DNA of 64,000 nt from contig CAZUBK010000005.1 in assembly GCA_964618725.1 (NCBI GenBank), positions 11,569 to 75,568 on the forward strand, written 5' to 3'. Position 1 is the stretch's first letter. Each line of letters opens with the position of its first letter. The stretch comes from an uncultured Pseudomonadales bacterium. GTDB taxonomy: Bacteria; Patescibacteriota; Microgenomatia; UBA1400; Chazhemtobacteraceae. A program made the position numbers and the translations under genes. Positions 19,881 to 33,023 of this stretch are shown here, in pieces. The notes beneath the pieces are model-generated. The model was not told the origin of the DNA and ran no database searches. It was given only the letters and a program-made list of their open reading frames with translations.

Positions 19881-21083
19881 CTAGAACTGACTTGTCAAGT
19901 TATATATCGGCATGATTACCGCCATAACCAGAAACCCTACTCCCACACCCATGACCACCATGATTAGTGGCTCTATCGCCGTGGTGAGAGTCTTTACTGC
20001 CACTTCGCTTTCCTGTTCAAAATAATCTGATAATTTGGCCAAGATTTCATCCACCTTGCCCGTTTGTTCACCCACCGCAATCATCTGAGGAATAATCGGC
20101 GGAAACAGCTCTACGCCCGCCAATATCACTCCAAGCGGCTGTCCTTTTTCCACCTTATCTGCCGCTTCCAAGATTCGCGCCTTGTAAATCCGACTTCCTA
20201 CTCCTTCTGCCACAATTCTAAGTGAGTTAAGAATTGATATTCCTGAACCAACCAATAATCCCAATGTTCGCGTAAATTCAGTCAGAACAACTTTTGTCTT
20301 TAACGGACCAATGACCGGCAACCTAAATAGCGTTTCTTCAATCACTACAGACCCAACCTCTGTTCTTGCCCACTTGCCAAAGAAATATCCGCCAACCCCA
20401 AGACTAAGCAACCCCAAGTACCAAAACTTAACCATAAAATCGCTCGTTCCAATCAACACCTTAGTCGGCCAAGGTAGCTCTGCTCCAAAGTCCTTATACA
20501 TCGCAGTCATCTTAGGTACCACAAAAATCATCATAACGACTGATACCAAAACCATACCCGTCAAGATAATTGCCGGATAAACCAACGCCCCTCTCGTCTT
20601 GTTCCTAAAATCCCGTTGTTTCTCCATTGTCGTCGCCAAACGCTTTAAAACGTCTTCAAGTACTCCCGCCGTTTCTCCCGCCTTAACCAAAGCAATGTAA
20701 ATATCTGGGAAAACGCCTTCCACCCCCCTTAAGGCTTCTGTCAAACTCACCCCCTCCTCAACTGCCGCCAAGATCTTCTCGACAATCCGACTCATTGCCG
20801 GCGGACTTTGAACTTTTAAAATCGATAGCGATTCTGTCAGCGGCAGCCCTGCCGCAATCATTGTTGCTAGTTGTCTCGTAAAATTCACCAGGTCATCTGT
20901 TTTTACTCTTTGAAATCTTAGCAGTAACGACTGTATCTCGGTCTCTTTCTCTTCATTTATATCTATGATCACCAAACGTCTATTTCTAAGTAATCTAATT
21001 GCCTGCTCCTTAGAAAAAGCCTCCACCTCACCAACCACCATTCTACTCTGTTCATCTTTTACCTTATAAGTAAACTTCTGCAT
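19881..21083 (-). CDS. pilC: Type IV pilus platform protein PilC/GspF
   Basis: FTRQLATMIAAGLPL, AGETAG.L, ALVYP, VGEQTG, IEP..MVVMG..VG. Confidence 0.95.
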   Translation of the reverse strand: MQKFTYKVKDEQSRMVVGEVEAFSKEQAIRLLRNRRLVIIDINEEKETEIQSLLLRFQRVKTDDLVNFTRQLATMIAAGLPLTESLSILKVQSPPAMSRIVEKILAAVEEGVSLTEALRGVEGVFPDIYIALVKAGETAGVLEDVLKRLATTMEKQRDFRNKTRGALVYPAIILTGMVLVSVVMMIFVVPKMTAMYKDFGAELPWPTKVLIGTSDFMVKFWYLGLLSLGVGGYFFGKWARTEVGSVVIEETLFRLPVIGPLKTKVVLTEFTRTLGLLVGSGISILNSLRIVAEGVGSRIYKARILEAADKVEKGQPLGVILAGVELFPPIIPQMIAVGEQTGKVDEILAKLSDYFEQESEVAVKTLTTAIEPLIMVVMGVGVGFLVMAVIMPIYNLTSQF

Positions 21084-21087
21084 ATTA

Positions 21088-22146
21088 CTAAGCCCTTTTA
21101 ATTAAGCGGATAAGATCGGCCGGGTGCAAACTATGTTCCCTAGCTTTCTCAACATCTATCACTCCCTGATTAACCCAATACGCCAGAGACGACTCAAGTG
21201 ACATCATTCCCATTTCCGAAGAAGTCTGAATCACGCTATCAATCTGGTGCGTTTTACCTTCCCGAACCAATGTCCGAATCGCCGGGGTCGCCACCAAGAT
21301 CTCTGCCGCCGGCACTCGACCACCATTGATTGCCGGTACCAACCTTAATGAGACAATCCCCTCTAACGCATTGGCTAATTGCAACCTCACTTGTGCCTGC
21401 TGTTCTTCCCCAAAGCTATCCACTATACGATCAATCGTTTGAGCGGCACTATTAGTGTGAAGCGTGCTAAAAACCAAATGTCCCGTCTCTGCCACTGTTA
21501 GCGCCGACTGCATCGTTATCGGATCCCGCATCTCTCCTACTAATACCACATCCGGATCCTCACGAAGTACCGCTCTCAATGCCGCCTCCCAACTGAGAGT
21601 GTCAGATCCTAACTCCCGCTGAGAAAAAATCGATTTCTTGTTTGCAAATACAAATTCCACCGGATCCTCAATGGTCACAATATGCGTCGTCCTCGTCTCA
21701 TTGATTTCCCCCAGAGTCGCCGCAATTGCTGATGTCTTTCCTTGTCCAGTCGGACCGGTAAACAAAATAAACCCCTGCCTCAATGTCGCAAACTTATGAC
21801 AGATCTTCGGTAGACGAAGCTCTTCAATGGTGGGTATCTTTTCCTGAATCGTCCTCAGATCAAGTCCCACCGTCTGTTTTTGAAAATAGGCATTTGCTCT
21901 AAATCGTCCCACTCCAGGCAAAGCAATGGAAAAATCTAACTCTTTCGTCCTCAGCAGGATATCCTTTTGTTCCGGTCGCAGAATCCCCCAAATCAAGGCC
22001 TGGGCCATATTTCCATCCAGAACAGGTAGATTAGGTACTGCCCGCAGTTGACCATCAACTCTAACCGTCGGTGCCACCCCCGCCACAATGTGTAGATCCG
22101 AAGCTTTCATCTCAAACGTCAGCTTCATTAGTTCCACCAAAGTCAT
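21088..22146 (-). CDS. pilT: Type IV pilus retraction ATPase PilT
   Basis: ASDLHI, GPTGQGKT, TIEDPVEF, LREDPDVVLVGEMRD, AIRTLVRE (AIRNLIRE motif). Confidence 0.95.
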   Translation of the reverse strand: MTLVELMKLTFEMKASDLHIVAGVAPTVRVDGQLRAVPNLPVLDGNMAQALIWGILRPEQKDILLRTKELDFSIALPGVGRFRANAYFQKQTVGLDLRTIQEKIPTIEELRLPKICHKFATLRQGFILFTGPTGQGKTSAIAATLGEINETRTTHIVTIEDPVEFVFANKKSIFSQRELGSDTLSWEAALRAVLREDPDVVLVGEMRDPITMQSALTVAETGHLVFSTLHTNSAAQTIDRIVDSFGEEQQAQVRLQLANALEGIVSLRLVPAINGGRVPAAEILVATPAIRTLVREGKTHQIDSVIQTSSEMGMMSLESSLAYWVNQGVIDVEKAREHSLHPADLIRLIKRA

Positions 22147-22165
22147 TTTAAATCCTAATTTCTAA

Positions 22166-24001
22166 TCATGATTCTCCTTCGCCCACCTGCGCCACTCTTA
22201 GTACTTCATCAAGCGTCGTAATCCCCTCCAATGTTTTAATGTAACCGTCCTGTTTCATCAACACCATTCCCTCGGTAACCGCCTGTTTCTCGATTTCCGA
22301 CGCCGCCGCCCGTTCCATAATCAACCGTCCAATTTTTGAACTTACCGACATCACTTCATAGATTCCAATTCTACCTTTATAACCACTTCCTCCACACTCT
22401 TTACAAGACCCACCCCGTCCTCTGAAAAGAAGTATTTCTACATTCTGCTTCGCTGCCATTTCCACCAACTCCGGCCGACTCGCTTTCCAAGCCTCATACA
22501 AGGCCCCCAAGACACTCTTGATATCTTCAATAACGCTTACCTCAGGCAAATAAGTTTCTTTACAAACCGTACAGATCTTTCTTACCACACGTTGAGCCAT
22601 CACCGCCGTAATTGAAGATGCTAACAAATAGGGTTCCGCCTTCATATCTAGTAGCCTCGGTAGTGCCCCAGCTGCACTATTTGTGTGTAGGGTAGAGAAG
22701 ACCAGGTGTCCCGTCAATGCCGCTTGAACCGCCAAATCGGCCGTCTCTTCGTCACGAATCTCTCCCACCATAATGATATTTGGATCTTGGCGCAAAAAGC
22801 TTCTCAGACCAGTCGCAAAGGTTAGTCCTGCCTGAGGGTTAATTTGTACTTGATTCACTCCCTCTAATTGATACTCAACCGGATCCTCAAGCGTTACGAT
22901 GTTTACCCGAGTCGTATTGGCTACTGTCAACACTGAATACAAGGTTGTTGTCTTTCCCGATCCAGTCGGCCCCGTCACCAAAACGATTCCGTGTGGTACT
23001 AAAATTGCCTCCTGGAAAATAGCCAAGGCCTTGCCCCTAAGTCCTAATTCCGCCAATGATGGTGCTTTCTGTGCCTTGGGAAGTAACCGCATCACAATCT
23101 TCTCACCATTTACTGTCGGCAAGGAAGAAACGCGCAAATCGACTTCTATTTCTCCCACCACAAAATTAAACCGCCCATCCTGAGGAAGTCGTTTCTCATC
23201 TATCTTCATCCCCGACAAAATCTTAATTCTACTGACCACCGCTTCATGAACTGTTTTAGGCAAAACCAATTTCTCCTGCAAAATACCATCAATTCGATAT
23301 CTTATCCTCGTTCGCATTTCTTGTGGCTCAATATGAACATCAGACGCTCTAGCTTTAATGGCAAACTCTAAAATTGTGCTCACGATCTTAGCCACCGGCG
23401 CTTCTTTAATCACTTCTCCCAAACTTTTACTGTCCAAAGTTTTCACTCCGCCAGTTATCACCCCACCTTCTCTAAGCGCTTCGGTTACTTCCCCAGACAA
23501 ACTCTCGGTATATCGTTGATCGATTACTGAACGCAAGTCAGTTGGCGCCGCCGTAAATGGCTTAACCTTCATTTGTGACTTAGTCTCCACGAAATCGGTT
23601 ACCGTCAAGTCCGCCGGATTGGCCATCGCCACCGACAAAATCTTATTTACCTTATCTACCGCAAAGGGTAGTACCTGGTAACGTTTAGCCACTGGTTCGG
23701 GAATCAAACCGATTGCTTCTGGCGAAACTCCTGCTTGATTAACATCAATAAAAGGAATCCCCATCACCTCGGCTTTGGCCTCATAAATTATCGACTCGAG
23801 AGCATAGTTGTGTTCAAGGATGACCTGTTCAACCGCCACTCCTCGGTTAATAGCCTCAAGTCTCGCCTTGTCATACTGTTCCTTACTAATCTTGCCATCC
23901 AAGAGTAAAATCCCTTCCACAGTGTCCCGAGTCAACAGAGTACCATTCGTTGGCGGTGTTTGGGTGTTCGCATTGGTGGCCATAGGGGCAGACTGGTCCA
24001 T
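22166..24001 (-). CDS. pilB: Type IV pilus extension ATPase PilB/GspE
   Basis: ASDVHIEP, EKRLPQDGR, GPTGSGKTTTLY, LRQDPNIIMVGEIRD, zinc motif CxxC...CxxC. Confidence 0.95.
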   Translation of the reverse strand: MDQSAPMATNANTQTPPTNGTLLTRDTVEGILLLDGKISKEQYDKARLEAINRGVAVEQVILEHNYALESIIYEAKAEVMGIPFIDVNQAGVSPEAIGLIPEPVAKRYQVLPFAVDKVNKILSVAMANPADLTVTDFVETKSQMKVKPFTAAPTDLRSVIDQRYTESLSGEVTEALREGGVITGGVKTLDSKSLGEVIKEAPVAKIVSTILEFAIKARASDVHIEPQEMRTRIRYRIDGILQEKLVLPKTVHEAVVSRIKILSGMKIDEKRLPQDGRFNFVVGEIEVDLRVSSLPTVNGEKIVMRLLPKAQKAPSLAELGLRGKALAIFQEAILVPHGIVLVTGPTGSGKTTTLYSVLTVANTTRVNIVTLEDPVEYQLEGVNQVQINPQAGLTFATGLRSFLRQDPNIIMVGEIRDEETADLAVQAALTGHLVFSTLHTNSAAGALPRLLDMKAEPYLLASSITAVMAQRVVRKICTVCKETYLPEVSVIEDIKSVLGALYEAWKASRPELVEMAAKQNVEILLFRGRGGSCKECGGSGYKGRIGIYEVMSVSSKIGRLIMERAAASEIEKQAVTEGMVLMKQDGYIKTLEGITTLDEVLRVAQVGEGES

Positions 24002-24046
24002 ACAACGAGTCTAGCAAATACGAACAAATGAGTATACTGGGCTCTA

Positions 24047-24679
24047 ATGCTTACCCTTCTTATTACCGGTGCCAACCCCAAAGACAGAATTAACCTGGCT
24101 TTAAACCATCAACCCAATTCTCCTCACATCCTCGATGGCAGTATTGATCCTATCACCATCGAACAAGTTCGCCTCTTCCAGAAAGATCTGGCTCTCAGTC
24201 ACACCGACAGTACTACTCGCTTCGCCTTCATTCTTGAAGCTCAGAGTCTCACTCTTCCCTCTCAGCAAGCCCTCCTCAAGATCCTCGAAGAACCCCCCAC
24301 TAATACTCAATTCATTCTTACCTCATCTAAAGCCAGTTGCCTACTGCCTACGATTGTCTCTCGGTGCCAAGTCAGACGCTTAAACATGCTAACTAATCTT
24401 GGCGAAACGGAGATAAACATCACCAAGGATATTCTGAGGCAAGTAAACACCCTTCCCCATGCATCACTTGTTACTCTCGCCGAGAGTCTAGTTAAAAATC
24501 AGGATCAACTGACCAACCTTCTCCTACTTCTCAAACAATCACTTCACGACCACCCCACTCCAAAAAGAGCCATCGCCCTCAAACTTATCAACACCTGTCT
24601 CTTGGACCTCACTACCAATATTCAACCCCAACTCGCGATAGAGAATCTTCTTTTCCATCTCAAAGCACTCACTCACTGA
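24047..24679 (+). CDS. holB: DNA polymerase III delta' subunit (reduced)
   Basis: ITIEQVR, QQALLKILEEPP, LLPTIVSRC (SRC motif); no intact Walker A or zinc module. Confidence 0.85.
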   Translation: MLTLLITGANPKDRINLALNHQPNSPHILDGSIDPITIEQVRLFQKDLALSHTDSTTRFAFILEAQSLTLPSQQALLKILEEPPTNTQFILTSSKASCLLPTIVSRCQVRRLNMLTNLGETEINITKDILRQVNTLPHASLVTLAESLVKNQDQLTNLLLLLKQSLHDHPTPKRAIALKLINTCLLDLTTNIQPQLAIENLLFHLKALTH

Positions 24680-24725
24680 ACACCAACCTCCCAAAGGTAA
24701 GAACTCTCCAAAATACTGTTGATGA

Positions 24726-26729
<2,004 letters not shown>

Positions 26730-26756
26730 CAACCTATACTAATTAACACCACAAAA

Positions 26757-27686
26757 ATGAAACACTACATAATCGGTCATCAAAAACCAGACGCCGACTC
26801 CACCATCGCCGCCATTTCCTTAACTGATTACTTCCATCAAGTAGGAGATGATACCGCCACCGCTGTCATTTGTGATCCAATCAACCCTGAAACTACTTTT
26901 ATTTTCCAAAAGTTCAGTGTCTCTACTCCTCCACCTCTCATCGCAAATCAGATTGCCACGGAGGACCGAATCGTCTTAGTCGATCATAACGAAGAAGACC
27001 AGCGACTACCAAATATAAATCCCGATCAGATCACTGGCATTGTTGACCACCATAAGGCAAATATTAACTTTAGTCATCCCATTACTATCGATATCAAACC
27101 CTGGGGCTCCACCAACACCATCATTTATTTCAAGTTCAAAAACAAAAATCTTCAAGTGGATCAGAAACTCGCATCTCTCATGCTTTGTGCCATCCTCTCT
27201 GATACTGTTGGTCTCAAGTCATCCACTACAACTGAAAAAGATAAACAAGCAGTTACCGAATTAGCCACCTTGGCGGGCATTAATGATATCGATAATCTGA
27301 CTTTAGAAATCTTCAAAGCTAAGTCAAATATTTCTTCACTTACCCCTGAGCAAATCGTCGAAAATGACTATAAAATCTTTGATTTTGCTAGGAAAACCTT
27401 CATCGGCCAACTCGAGACTGTCGAACAAGATGAGGTACTTAACCGGAAAAAAGAACTTCTAGAGGCCATGCAAGAGATTAAGCAGCAACAGGGAGTACAG
27501 CTTCTTTTCTTAGCGATTACTGATATCTTAAAAATAAATACCAAGCTTCTTATTCTCGGCAACGAGGAAAAAGGTATTGCGCAAAAAGCCTTTAGCGGCA
27601 TTGCTACAGACAACGTTCTCGATATCGGAGCCAAACTCTCACGCAAAAAAGATATTGCCCCCCCCATTGAAGAAGCATTGAAATAA
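26757..27686 (+). CDS. ppaC: Manganese-dependent inorganic pyrophosphatase (family II, DHH)
   Basis: [32 protein letters not shown] motifs. Confidence 0.95.
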   Translation: MKHYIIGHQKPDADSTIAAISLTDYFHQVGDDTATAVICDPINPETTFIFQKFSVSTPPPLIANQIATEDRIVLVDHNEEDQRLPNINPDQITGIVDHHKANINFSHPITIDIKPWGSTNTIIYFKFKNKNLQVDQKLASLMLCAILSDTVGLKSSTTTEKDKQAVTELATLAGINDIDNLTLEIFKAKSNISSLTPEQIVENDYKIFDFARKTFIGQLETVEQDEVLNRKKELLEAMQEIKQQQGVQLLFLAITDILKINTKLLILGNEEKGIAQKAFSGIATDNVLDIGAKLSRKKDIAPPIEEALK

Positions 27687-27687
27687 T

Positions 27688-30369
27688 ATGGACGAAGATC
27701 AAAACAAACTACCAGATACACAAGACGCCACAACAGAAGCAGCTTCTGAAATGGGGGAGTTGGCTCCTGTTCTGAAAGTCGGAGAAGACTTCCAAAGCGA
27801 GTTTGGTATTATCCGCCCCGTCAACATCGTAGAAGAAGTCGAGAAATCATATTTGGATTACGCCATGAGCGTCATCGTCTCCCGCGCCCTTCCCGATGTC
27901 CGCGACGGCCTAAAGCCCGTTCACCGCCGCATCCTTTATGCTATGCATGAAGCCGGCATCATTCACAGTGCACCAACTAAAAAGTCTGCCCGCGTCGTCG
28001 GAGACGTTATGGGTAAGTATCACCCACACGGCGATGCTCCCGTCTATGATGCCCTCGTTCGTCTCGCCCAAAGCTTCTCTATGCGTTATCCCCTCATCGA
28101 CGGCCAAGGTAACTTCGGCAGTATCGACGGTGATCCTCCCGCCGCCATGCGTTACACCGAAGCCCGTCTTAGCAAAATCGCCGCCGAGCTCTTAAGCGAT
28201 CTCGACAAAGAAACCGTCGAATTCGCCGACAACTTCGACGCCTCACTTAAAGAACCAACCGTTTTACCCGCCATGTTACCAAACCTCCTTCTCATGGGTT
28301 CCGATGGTATCGCCGTTGGCATGGCAACTAAGATGCCTCCTCATAATCTAAAAGAAGTCACCGCCGCCCTCGTTGAGCTGATTCAAAAAGGCAGCTCTCC
28401 CATTAATGAGGAACTAAAGGGGCTTCTCAAGGATCCAGAAACCGATGATCCCAAAATTCTCGTCGGCGAATTTGAGTCCACGGCTACACTTGAAGACCTT
28501 CTGACCCATATTAAAGGACCCGATTTCCCCACCGGAGCCGAGATCTTCGACAAGAACGCCATCAAAGAAATGTACGCCACTGGCAAGGGCAAGATCATGA
28601 TCCGCGCCGTCACTGAAATCATTGAACATAAAAGCCGCTTTGCCATCAGAGTCACCCAATTGCCTTACCAAGTAAACAAAGCCAATCTCATTGCCAAGAT
28701 TGCCGATCTCCACCGCCAGAAAAAAATCGAAGGCATCTCTGACCTCCGCGATGAATCCGACCGTCAAGGGCTAACCATCATGATTGAGCTCAAAAAAGAC
28801 GCTCGCCCCCAGCAAGTCCTCAATAATCTCTTTAAGCATACCGATCTTCAGACTTCATTCCCCGCCAATTTCGTTGCCCTTGATCCCACTCTTACTCCAC
28901 GACTTATGACCCTCAAGCAAATTGCCAACGAATATGTCAAACACCGCCAACTCGTCGTTGTCCGAAGAAGCCAATACGAGCTTAAGGCGGCTAAAGCCCG
29001 CGCCCATATTCTACAAGGTCTACTTAAGGCTCTTGACATCATTGATGAAGTCATCGACACCATCAGAAAGAGCCAGAGCACCGACGATGCCAAAAAGAAC
29101 TTAGTCAGCAAGTTTGGCTTCAGCGAAATCCAGGCTCAAGCTATCCTTGACATGCAGTTACGCAAACTCGCTGCCCTTGAACGTCAAAAAATCCAGGATG
29201 AATACAACGAGTTAATGAAACGAATTGACTTCCTCATTGCCCTCATTAATAACACCGGCAAGATCCTCAATACCATCATTGAAGAACTCAAACTCCTCGC
29301 CGAAAAATATGGTGACAACCGTCGTACCAAAGTCCATCCCAATGCCATCGGCGAATTCAGCGAAGAAGAACTAATCACCGCTGAAGAAACCATTGTCACC
29401 CTAACCAAAACCGGCTATATCAAGCGCATGCCACCCTCTACCTTCCGTTCTCAACGCCGCGGTGGCAAGGGCGTCTCAGGTATGAGTAAAAAGGACGAGG
29501 ACGAAATATACCTTCTCACCTCTGCCAATACCCATGATAATCTTCTCGTCTTCACTAGTAAGGGTAAGGTTTTCAAACTTCGTGTCTGGGAACTCCCTGA
29601 AGGCAGCCGTACCAGCAAAGGTCAGGCGATTATCAATCTTCTTAACATCGAACAAGGCGAGACAATCAGAGCTCTACTACCTCTTCCCGACAAACTAGAA
29701 AAGATTAAGGACGAATACTTCTTCTTCACGTCCAAAAAAGGACTAGTTAAACGAACCAAAGTCTCCGACTTCGCCAACATAAAGAGTAACGGTCTTATTG
29801 CCATTAAGTTAGCCTCCGGCGACGAACTCGTCTGGACCAATCAGACCGGGGGAGTAGACCATATCCTCTTAGTCACCCACGAAGGTAAAAGTATTCACTT
29901 CCCCGAGACCGACGTCCGTCCCACTGGTCGTGACACCATGGGAGTCAGGGGGATCATGCTGACTAGAGAAGACTTCGTTATTACCATGGAGTGCTTCTCT
30001 CCACACGTTGAAACACCCGCCGACAAGAGAAAGAAGTTCTTCCGTAATATCCTTGTCATCACCCAGAAAGGCCTCGGCAAGCGCACCCCCCTCGATGAAT
30101 ACCCAGTCCAGAAACGTGGCGGTCAAGGTGTCAAAGTCTCCGAGACGACTGATAAAACCGGTAAAATAGCCGCCGCCCTTCTTGTCAACCAAAATACCGA
30201 TGAAATCATCATCACTACCAAACAAGCCCAAGCCATCAAGTTACCAGTCAAAAACATCCCCATCCTTAAACGACCTACCCAAGGCGTTATTTTAATGCGC
30301 TTTGCCAAGCCAAGCGACATCGTCACCGCTGTAGCAGCCCTCGACAAGGAAGAGGAGGAGAGAAAGTGA
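27688..30369 (+). CDS. gyrA: DNA gyrase subunit A
   Basis: [22 protein letters not shown], GyrA-box QRRGGKG, C-terminal pinwheel repeats. Confidence 0.97.
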   Translation: MDEDQNKLPDTQDATTEAASEMGELAPVLKVGEDFQSEFGIIRPVNIVEEVEKSYLDYAMSVIVSRALPDVRDGLKPVHRRILYAMHEAGIIHSAPTKKSARVVGDVMGKYHPHGDAPVYDALVRLAQSFSMRYPLIDGQGNFGSIDGDPPAAMRYTEARLSKIAAELLSDLDKETVEFADNFDASLKEPTVLPAMLPNLLLMGSDGIAVGMATKMPPHNLKEVTAALVELIQKGSSPINEELKGLLKDPETDDPKILVGEFESTATLEDLLTHIKGPDFPTGAEIFDKNAIKEMYATGKGKIMIRAVTEIIEHKSRFAIRVTQLPYQVNKANLIAKIADLHRQKKIEGISDLRDESDRQGLTIMIELKKDARPQQVLNNLFKHTDLQTSFPANFVALDPTLTPRLMTLKQIANEYVKHRQLVVVRRSQYELKAAKARAHILQGLLKALDIIDEVIDTIRKSQSTDDAKKNLVSKFGFSEIQAQAILDMQLRKLAALERQKIQDEYNELMKRIDFLIALINNTGKILNTIIEELKLLAEKYGDNRRTKVHPNAIGEFSEEELITAEETIVTLTKTGYIKRMPPSTFRSQRRGGKGVSGMSKKDEDEIYLLTSANTHDNLLVFTSKGKVFKLRVWELPEGSRTSKGQAIINLLNIEQGETIRALLPLPDKLEKIKDEYFFFTSKKGLVKRTKVSDFANIKSNGLIAIKLASGDELVWTNQTGGVDHILLVTHEGKSIHFPETDVRPTGRDTMGVRGIMLTREDFVITMECFSPHVETPADKRKKFFRNILVITQKGLGKRTPLDEYPVQKRGGQGVKVSETTDKTGKIAAALLVNQNTDEIIITTKQAQAIKLPVKNIPILKRPTQGVILMRFAKPSDIVTAVAALDKEEEERK

Positions 30370-30388
30370 TCTTAAGGCCTCAATGTGC

Positions 30389-30417
30389 TTGACAGAATAA
30401 ATCCCATAAGATATAAT
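30389..30417 (+). promoter_or_regulatory. Consensus sigma70 promoter
   Basis: TTGACA(30389-30394)-17 nt-TATAAT(30412-30417), followed by AAGGAG and ATG 30452. Confidence 0.85.
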
Positions 30418-30487
30418 TGGCTCAAATTGCACAACCACATAAGGAGACCGAATGAGCGACCAACCTCAAGATCTTCCCGAGCTCTCA

Positions 30488-31429
30488 TCAAAAACCCATC
30501 CATTTATGCACTACATCCGACATCGCCTCCCAGTCTGTCTTTATTTGTCTAGGAACATTATCTCCCGATTCCATGATTACCTTCAATTCACCATAGTTTT
30601 GTTGTAAGTATCTTATTGTCATGTACAACATCGCTCTGGCTGGATCACTTAAGACAGAAGGTGTCTCTCCCTCTATCTCACCCAAACCTTCTTCAGCATC
30701 TAAAATGAATTCCTCCTCACCCTTATCTGAATAGACCACCACATTTTCAATCCACAACTCTATCGGCAATACCTCTCGCTCCTGGCTTTTCCAAATGAAT
30801 CCTTCAAGGATAGCTTCCTCTCCATCCGGCAGACTCAAATCGACGTAAACATATCCCGCCCCTTTTTCCATCCAGTCAGTTGGCAGATCAATATTGATCT
30901 TTAAACCACCTGCCAAATCAGCTTTTCCCGTATCATAGAACTGATCCATTTTGCTCTCACCCACACTCTTCTTTATATTCTCTATCTCTTTGTCTTCACC
31001 ATTAATTGGATCAGACCCGCCGATTATTATCTGTGAGTAACCCATTTCAAGGAGTAACCAAGCCGTCATATGAAGAGCATCCATGTGGTAATCCTCAGCC
31101 TTGACTCCTATCTTGGTATCTCGATATTTCCATTCTTGAACAAAATCTCCTTTTTCATCGTAAACCATGGCGTCTGTACCAGCCACATCACCTAGTTGAA
31201 TCCTCGCCGTAATTGCTCCAGTCTTGTCAACTGAGACAATCTCCACCATTGTTTTAAATCTCGACAACTCTCTCCCAGATCTTTCGTCTTTAAGGACCAA
31301 AACAAAATCAGAATCGACCACATGTTCTCGACATTTATACAAACCCTCCACTCTCATCCCGTCCCATTTTCCCGTCATGCAAGTCACATATCGTAAAATC
31401 CCTTCAGCTGTTCTTTCCCATTCTTTCAT
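30488..31429 (-). CDS. Hypothetical acidic protein with apparent internal duplication
   Basis: 313-aa ORF; no family recognised. Confidence 0.7.
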   Translation of the reverse strand: MKEWERTAEGILRYVTCMTGKWDGMRVEGLYKCREHVVDSDFVLVLKDERSGRELSRFKTMVEIVSVDKTGAITARIQLGDVAGTDAMVYDEKGDFVQEWKYRDTKIGVKAEDYHMDALHMTAWLLLEMGYSQIIIGGSDPINGEDKEIENIKKSVGESKMDQFYDTGKADLAGGLKINIDLPTDWMEKGAGYVYVDLSLPDGEEAILEGFIWKSQEREVLPIELWIENVVVYSDKGEEEFILDAEEGLGEIEGETPSVLSDPARAMLYMTIRYLQQNYGELKVIMESGDNVPRQIKTDWEAMSDVVHKWMGF

Positions 31430-31665
31430 TTGCCGTTAACTTACACCCAAAGCTCTCCTCTGTAAAGTAGGGGAGAGTCAAACAATTTAGCCTCAAATAC
31501 CCCATAGAAATTCTATTTACCAAAATCTCGTGCTTAATCAAAAATAATCAAAAAGATATCTATCACGATTACAAACTGCCACCCAAAGACAATCAAAAAG
31601 CAAGTTACCACCCTCATTCTGGAGTAGACGCACAAAACCCGAAGTAGAGTAGAGAAGCCTTTTTT

Positions 31666-32613
31666 TCATCCATGGAACTTCTCATGAACTTTCTTTAGTT
31701 GCGGATTCGTCAAGTGCGTATACACCTGAGTTGTACTCACATTCTTATGCCCCAAAAACTCCTGTACCGAACGTAGATCGGCCCCATTTTGCAGTAACCC
31801 TGTGGCAAAAGAATGTCGTAATACGTGCGGACTGACTCGAATCGGTAGCCCAGCCCTTTTGGAATACTTGTTAACCAGATGCTGTACCGCCCTCACCGAC
31901 AATCTCATACTCTCTCCGCTCGTTACCACCCGATTACTCTCTCTCACCCGGTACTTGATCCACAAGGGTTTCCAGGTATCTTCTCGGCTGTCTAGATACC
32001 GCCTTAACCATTCCGCCGCCCGCTGACTCAAGAATACTACTCTAATCTTTCTTCCCTTCCCCACCACACTAAATTCCCTCGTTTTGAAATCAATGTCTTC
32101 CACATCTAGTTTAACCAACTCACTTACTCGAAGTCCCGTGCTAAACAATACCTCCAGAATGGCTTTATCTCTAAGCCCTTCTGGCTTAGAGATAATTGGC
32201 ATTGATAAAAGCCTCTCCACCTGTTCTCGACTCAAGAAACGGATCCTCCGACTCTCACCTTTTGGTAAATCTATTTTCTCGGCACTGAGTGTCTTTACTC
32301 CCTTTCTATTTAAGTACTTCAAAAATGCCCGAAGTGAGATAATGTAATAGCTTTGAGTTGTCCGTGACAATGTCTGACCTTTCTCGTCGGCAAAACGACT
32401 CAAAAACAACCTATATCCCCGAACCATCTCACTCGTTAGCCGCTGGATATACTCCTGACCATAGTTCTTCTCGAACCACCTACGGAACCTTCCTAAATAA
32501 AACCCATAGTTACGAATTGTATATTTAGAGTAGTTTTTCTCCACTTCAAGGAATGACAGATATCTCTTGATCAGCCTTTCCAAACTCAAATCCTCAATAT
32601 TTTTTTTAGTCAC
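31666..32613 (-). CDS. Xer-type site-specific tyrosine recombinase
   Basis: TGLRVSEL, GKGRK, HVLRHSFAT, LGH, TQVYTH catalytic residues; N-terminal SAM-like domain; probable GTG start at 32613. Confidence 0.93.
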   Translation of the reverse strand: MTKKNIEDLSLERLIKRYLSFLEVEKNYSKYTIRNYGFYLGRFRRWFEKNYGQEYIQRLTSEMVRGYRLFLSRFADEKGQTLSRTTQSYYIISLRAFLKYLNRKGVKTLSAEKIDLPKGESRRIRFLSREQVERLLSMPIISKPEGLRDKAILEVLFSTGLRVSELVKLDVEDIDFKTREFSVVGKGRKIRVVFLSQRAAEWLRRYLDSREDTWKPLWIKYRVRESNRVVTSGESMRLSVRAVQHLVNKYSKRAGLPIRVSPHVLRHSFATGLLQNGADLRSVQEFLGHKNVSTTQVYTHLTNPQLKKVHEKFHG

Positions 32614-32997
32614 AAGCTCTTCTTTTTCCTGCCTCCCTAGCCAGGGTAGGGGAGAGAGACAAAAAAACAAAAAATCTAGTCTAATTATTATCTAATCTAC
32701 CTTCATACAATCACTAGTCCCAAAACATGTCAACTTTGTGCGACACACTCTTTGACTTTGGGTCTCTCTCTAAAAGGAAAACGACTTACTTGGGTATATT
32801 TCATGGTCAAGATCAAGACCCCACGATGCCCCTAGAAAGCTTTTTGAGCCATCTCAAGCTATGTTGGGGAGTCCTAAGAGATAAATCTGGGTACATCAAG
32901 CCAAAGGGGGAGTAACCACATCTTCGGGTTAATGTACAAAAGCCATCAGAAACAACAAGACAGGAAGATGCCCAAAGAAACGAAGAGAATACGTCGG

Positions 32998-33023
32998 CCC
33001 GAAAAGACCGAAAACTTTTCGGG
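32998..33023 (+). terminator. Inverted repeat, possible terminator, in long intergenic region
   Basis: CCCGAAAAG-accgaaaa-CTTTTCGGG followed by TTTCTATT. Confidence 0.5.

Noticed and set aside
31467-32656. 11-bp direct repeat GTAGGGGAGAG flanking the Xer gene (31467-31477, 32646-32656)
   Set aside because: Short, low-complexity, and both copies lie in local hairpin arms; not enough to call att sites
31666-32670. Prophage or ICE integrase
   Set aside because: Looks like a chromosomal Xer (GADLRSVQEFLGH); no phage or conjugation genes and no adjacent tRNA att site
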